Shown: positions 53,136 through 54,984 of the stretch, piece after piece
Layout of the letters: every line of letters begins with the position of its first letter
Numbering within the stretch: the first letter of the stretch is position 1
IMG/VR virus record: IMGVR_UViG_3300048016_000081
Span: 1-54,984 of that record
Length of the DNA: 54,984 bases
Strand: one strand, 5' to 3'
Source of the DNA: a virus
Taxonomy: Duplodnaviria; Caudoviricetes
The notes under the pieces: generated by a model
Seen by the model: the letters and a program-made list of their open reading frames with translations, nothing else
The model's database searches: none
What the model was told of the DNA's origin: nothing
Translations under genes and position numbers: made by a program

Positions 53136-53381
53136 TTATGCATGTACAGACTTTTGTACGGCTTTTCTGGTTCGGTGGAATGAGCTGATAGCCGCGTTTA
53201 TGTTGCTCGGTGCATTACGCTCACGTATGGATTGCAAGCGTGCCATGGTTGGGTGATGTTTGGCCACAGTCTCGTCATCCAAACGGTGAGTTAGTGTGTA
53301 TATAACCATGAGCTCGAGGTAGTCCCCCAAGTCCATGCCGCACGTGTTGGAGTCCGTGATAGGTCGCGGTTCTCTGCTCAT
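53136..53381 (-). CDS. Hypothetical protein
   Basis: ATGA coupling. Confidence 0.6.
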   Translation of the reverse strand: MSREPRPITDSNTCGMDLGDYLELMVIYTLTHRLDDETVAKHHPTMARLQSIRERNAPSNINAAISSFHRTRKAVQKSVHA

Positions 53382-53539
53382 GACCAGATTGCGCGGTATG
53401 AATCCAAGATGGTGTCGCCCAAGGTGTCAGACAACATGGCCTCGGGCACGGGTAAGTCACAGACATATTCGTCTATGTCATCCATCAGGTCGATGGGTTG
53501 GTCGTTGGTGTTGGTTGGGATGAGTAAGTGAGTGAGCAT
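53378..53539 (-). CDS. Small acidic protein (53 aa), not in ORF track
   Basis: GAGG RBS; MLTHLLIPTNTNDQPIDLMDDIDEYVCDLPVPEAMLSDTLGDTILDSYRAIWS. Confidence 0.65.
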   Translation of the reverse strand: MLTHLLIPTNTNDQPIDLMDDIDEYVCDLPVPEAMLSDTLGDTILDSYRAIWS

Positions 53540-53541
53540 GA

Positions 53542-53751
53542 TTAGATTTCCTCGGTTTGTAATTCAGTGATAGCCAGTTTGTCGATCTGAGAACTCAGTG
53601 CATAGAATTCGTCGTCGTCAATCCACCCACGTTCAGATGCAGATTCGATAATCATTTGGGCGGCAAGGGTTCGCGTGACTCGGTCGTGCTCAGCGTTGTG
53701 CATTGCGTCCAACATGAGGACTTGAATGGTGTGTGAGATGGGTTCAGTCAT
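53542..53751 (-). CDS. Small acidic protein
   Basis: AGGA RBS; GWIDDDEFYAL. Confidence 0.7.
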   Translation of the reverse strand: MTEPISHTIQVLMLDAMHNAEHDRVTRTLAAQMIIESASERGWIDDDEFYALSSQIDKLAITELQTEEI

Positions 53752-53762
53752 GATGTGTCCTA

Positions 53763-53867
53763 TTAGATGAAGCTAAAGTCGGAGCCGGCTACACAAGCGG
53801 CCAAGGTTGCATTGAGGCACATACGTTGTGCAGTCGTGAGGTCGTTCAAGAAGACGATGTCAGTCAT
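53763..53867 (-). CDS. Small peptide (34 aa), not in ORF track
   Basis: ATGA coupling; MTDIVFLNDLTTAQRMCLNATLAACVAGSDFSFI. Confidence 0.55.
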   Translation of the reverse strand: MTDIVFLNDLTTAQRMCLNATLAACVAGSDFSFI

Positions 53868-54082
53868 GATGGTGTCCGTTCAATAATAAAGTTACCTTGG
53901 GTAAGGTAGTTGAGTAACTCAGGACGATTGAGGGTTCTGTCTGTGGTGAATACTTTAGTTGCGTGGGATACCATTTGGGCGTCAGTCAGGTTGTCCGATA
54001 CATCCAAACGGGTTTGGCACCAAACGTATCCATTGGGGCGTGTGTTCGGGGCGAGTTTGAGGGTTGTCCACATGATGTACAT
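53864..54082 (-). CDS. Hypothetical protein
   Basis: First ORF after the AT-rich gap; start could be 54073. Confidence 0.6.
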   Translation of the reverse strand: MYIMWTTLKLAPNTRPNGYVWCQTRLDVSDNLTDAQMVSHATKVFTTDRTLNRPELLNYLTQGNFIIERTPS

Positions 54083-54094
54083 CTTTCTTCTACG

Positions 54095-54435
54095 TGAATT
54101 TGTTGGAAAAAATTAGGCGTGAGAAAACCAGCAAATTGAGTACTACATTGAGACCCGCATAAACATTGGGTTTTTTGAAAAAGTAATACTGAATTTGTGA
54201 ATTTGTTGGGTTTTCCAGAGGGTCAGAGACTTTTACGAGAACGTAGATAGCCATGTGTGATACGCGCCGCGTAGAACACTTTACAGACTGTCTCTCTCTA
54301 TAATATTTCTGACTCAAAATACATAACAAATCGTAAAATCGTAAAATTACCCCTTGGAAACCCACTGTTTACACCATTCTTTGAATTTGCTGGGTAATTT
54401 GCTGGTTTGCCTTTTGGACAATTCCAGCAAATTCG
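54095..54435. other. Candidate replication origin with AATTTG(C/T)TGG repeats
   Basis: AT-rich gap with six 10-mers in both orientations and dyad symmetry. Confidence 0.55.
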
Positions 54436-54460
54436 ACCTGTGCTTACGCACAGTAAGTAA

Positions 54461-54895
54461 TTAAGCCTCAACAATGAACGCGTTGTCGGTTGCAGATTCG
54501 AGGGACTTGATACCGCGCAACAGTTGGATAAAGTCACGGGCTTCGAGTTGCTTCTTAGTAAAACCCTTGGCGTCATTAGTTGGGCGCATGGCTTCGAGTT
54601 TGTCCAAGTACAACGCCATTGTGGTCTTTGATTGCCATGTGGGCAGACCAATAAACTTCTCGAACGCTTTGGCCATTGATGGAAACGCGGCGCTCAGAAT
54701 GTCAGACGCGGCACGATACTTACCGTTCTCAGCCTTGTGGAACGCTGAAGCCTTGGCCATGTCCTTGTATGCACGAAGCGCGGCACCGCCCTTAAACAAT
54801 GCGCCCTCAGGTGTGACAGAGAACTGTTCGCCCTTTTTGTTCTCATAAGAGACAACAGATGTATCGGCGGAAAAAATTGTGATTGAGTTAGTCAT
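54461..54895 (-). CDS. First early protein (144 aa, start MTNSITI)
   Basis: TGGAG RBS 7 nt before ATG; downstream of the ncRNA candidate across the circular junction. Confidence 0.8.
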   Translation of the reverse strand: MTNSITIFSADTSVVSYENKKGEQFSVTPEGALFKGGAALRAYKDMAKASAFHKAENGKYRAASDILSAAFPSMAKAFEKFIGLPTWQSKTTMALYLDKLEAMRPTNDAKGFTKKQLEARDFIQLLRGIKSLESATDNAFIVEA

Positions 54896-54984
54896 GAAAA
54901 TACTCCAGTTAAGTTGCTTGATTGTGTGCACTCAGAATCAAATACACACAAAGAAGCCGCTTGCTCATAACAAGCGAACTTGAG
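54858..54984. repeat. Terminal direct repeat (copy 2)
   Basis: Exact copy of 1-127. Confidence 0.95.

Noticed and set aside
54090-54651. ORFs 54090-54365 and 54298-54651
   Set aside because: They run through the repeat-rich AT gap or shadow the real 144-aa gene

Overview
Apparently complete, circularly assembled genome (about 54,857 bp plus a 127-bp end overlap) of a tailed dsDNA phage, most likely with a short podovirus-type tail. It has two divergent arms. The + arm (931-30828) encodes packaging, head, tail, lysis and ejection proteins: TerS, a GIY-YIG endonuclease, TerL, portal, scaffold, capsid, tail fibres, holin, a GH19 endolysin, a GNAT and a 2509-aa polyvalent protein. The - arm (54895-30891) holds many small early genes, an AAA+/DUF3150/vWA-peptidase trio, an Nmad5-like protein and a PolA/exonuclease/VRR-NUC/SNF2/SSB/primase-helicase replication module. 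I see no integrase, CI-type repressor, RNA polymerase, tRNA, CRISPR array or reverse transcriptase. The most unusual signals are: (1) three small +1-frame genes hidden inside the giant protein gene, two with their own RBS and one abutting the previous stop codon, one of which resembles a free-standing phage protein; (2) a ~420-nt multi-helix non-coding RNA candidate at the head of the early arm; (3) smaller structured RNA elements, one pseudoknotted; (4) a dispersed family of 5-6 small early paralogues; (5) an iteron-like origin candidate. All family assignments come from motif recognition by eye and recollection; no database search or folding program was run. The host cannot be determined from the sequence. 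A freshwater betaproteobacterium is only a guess from remembered gene-family style.
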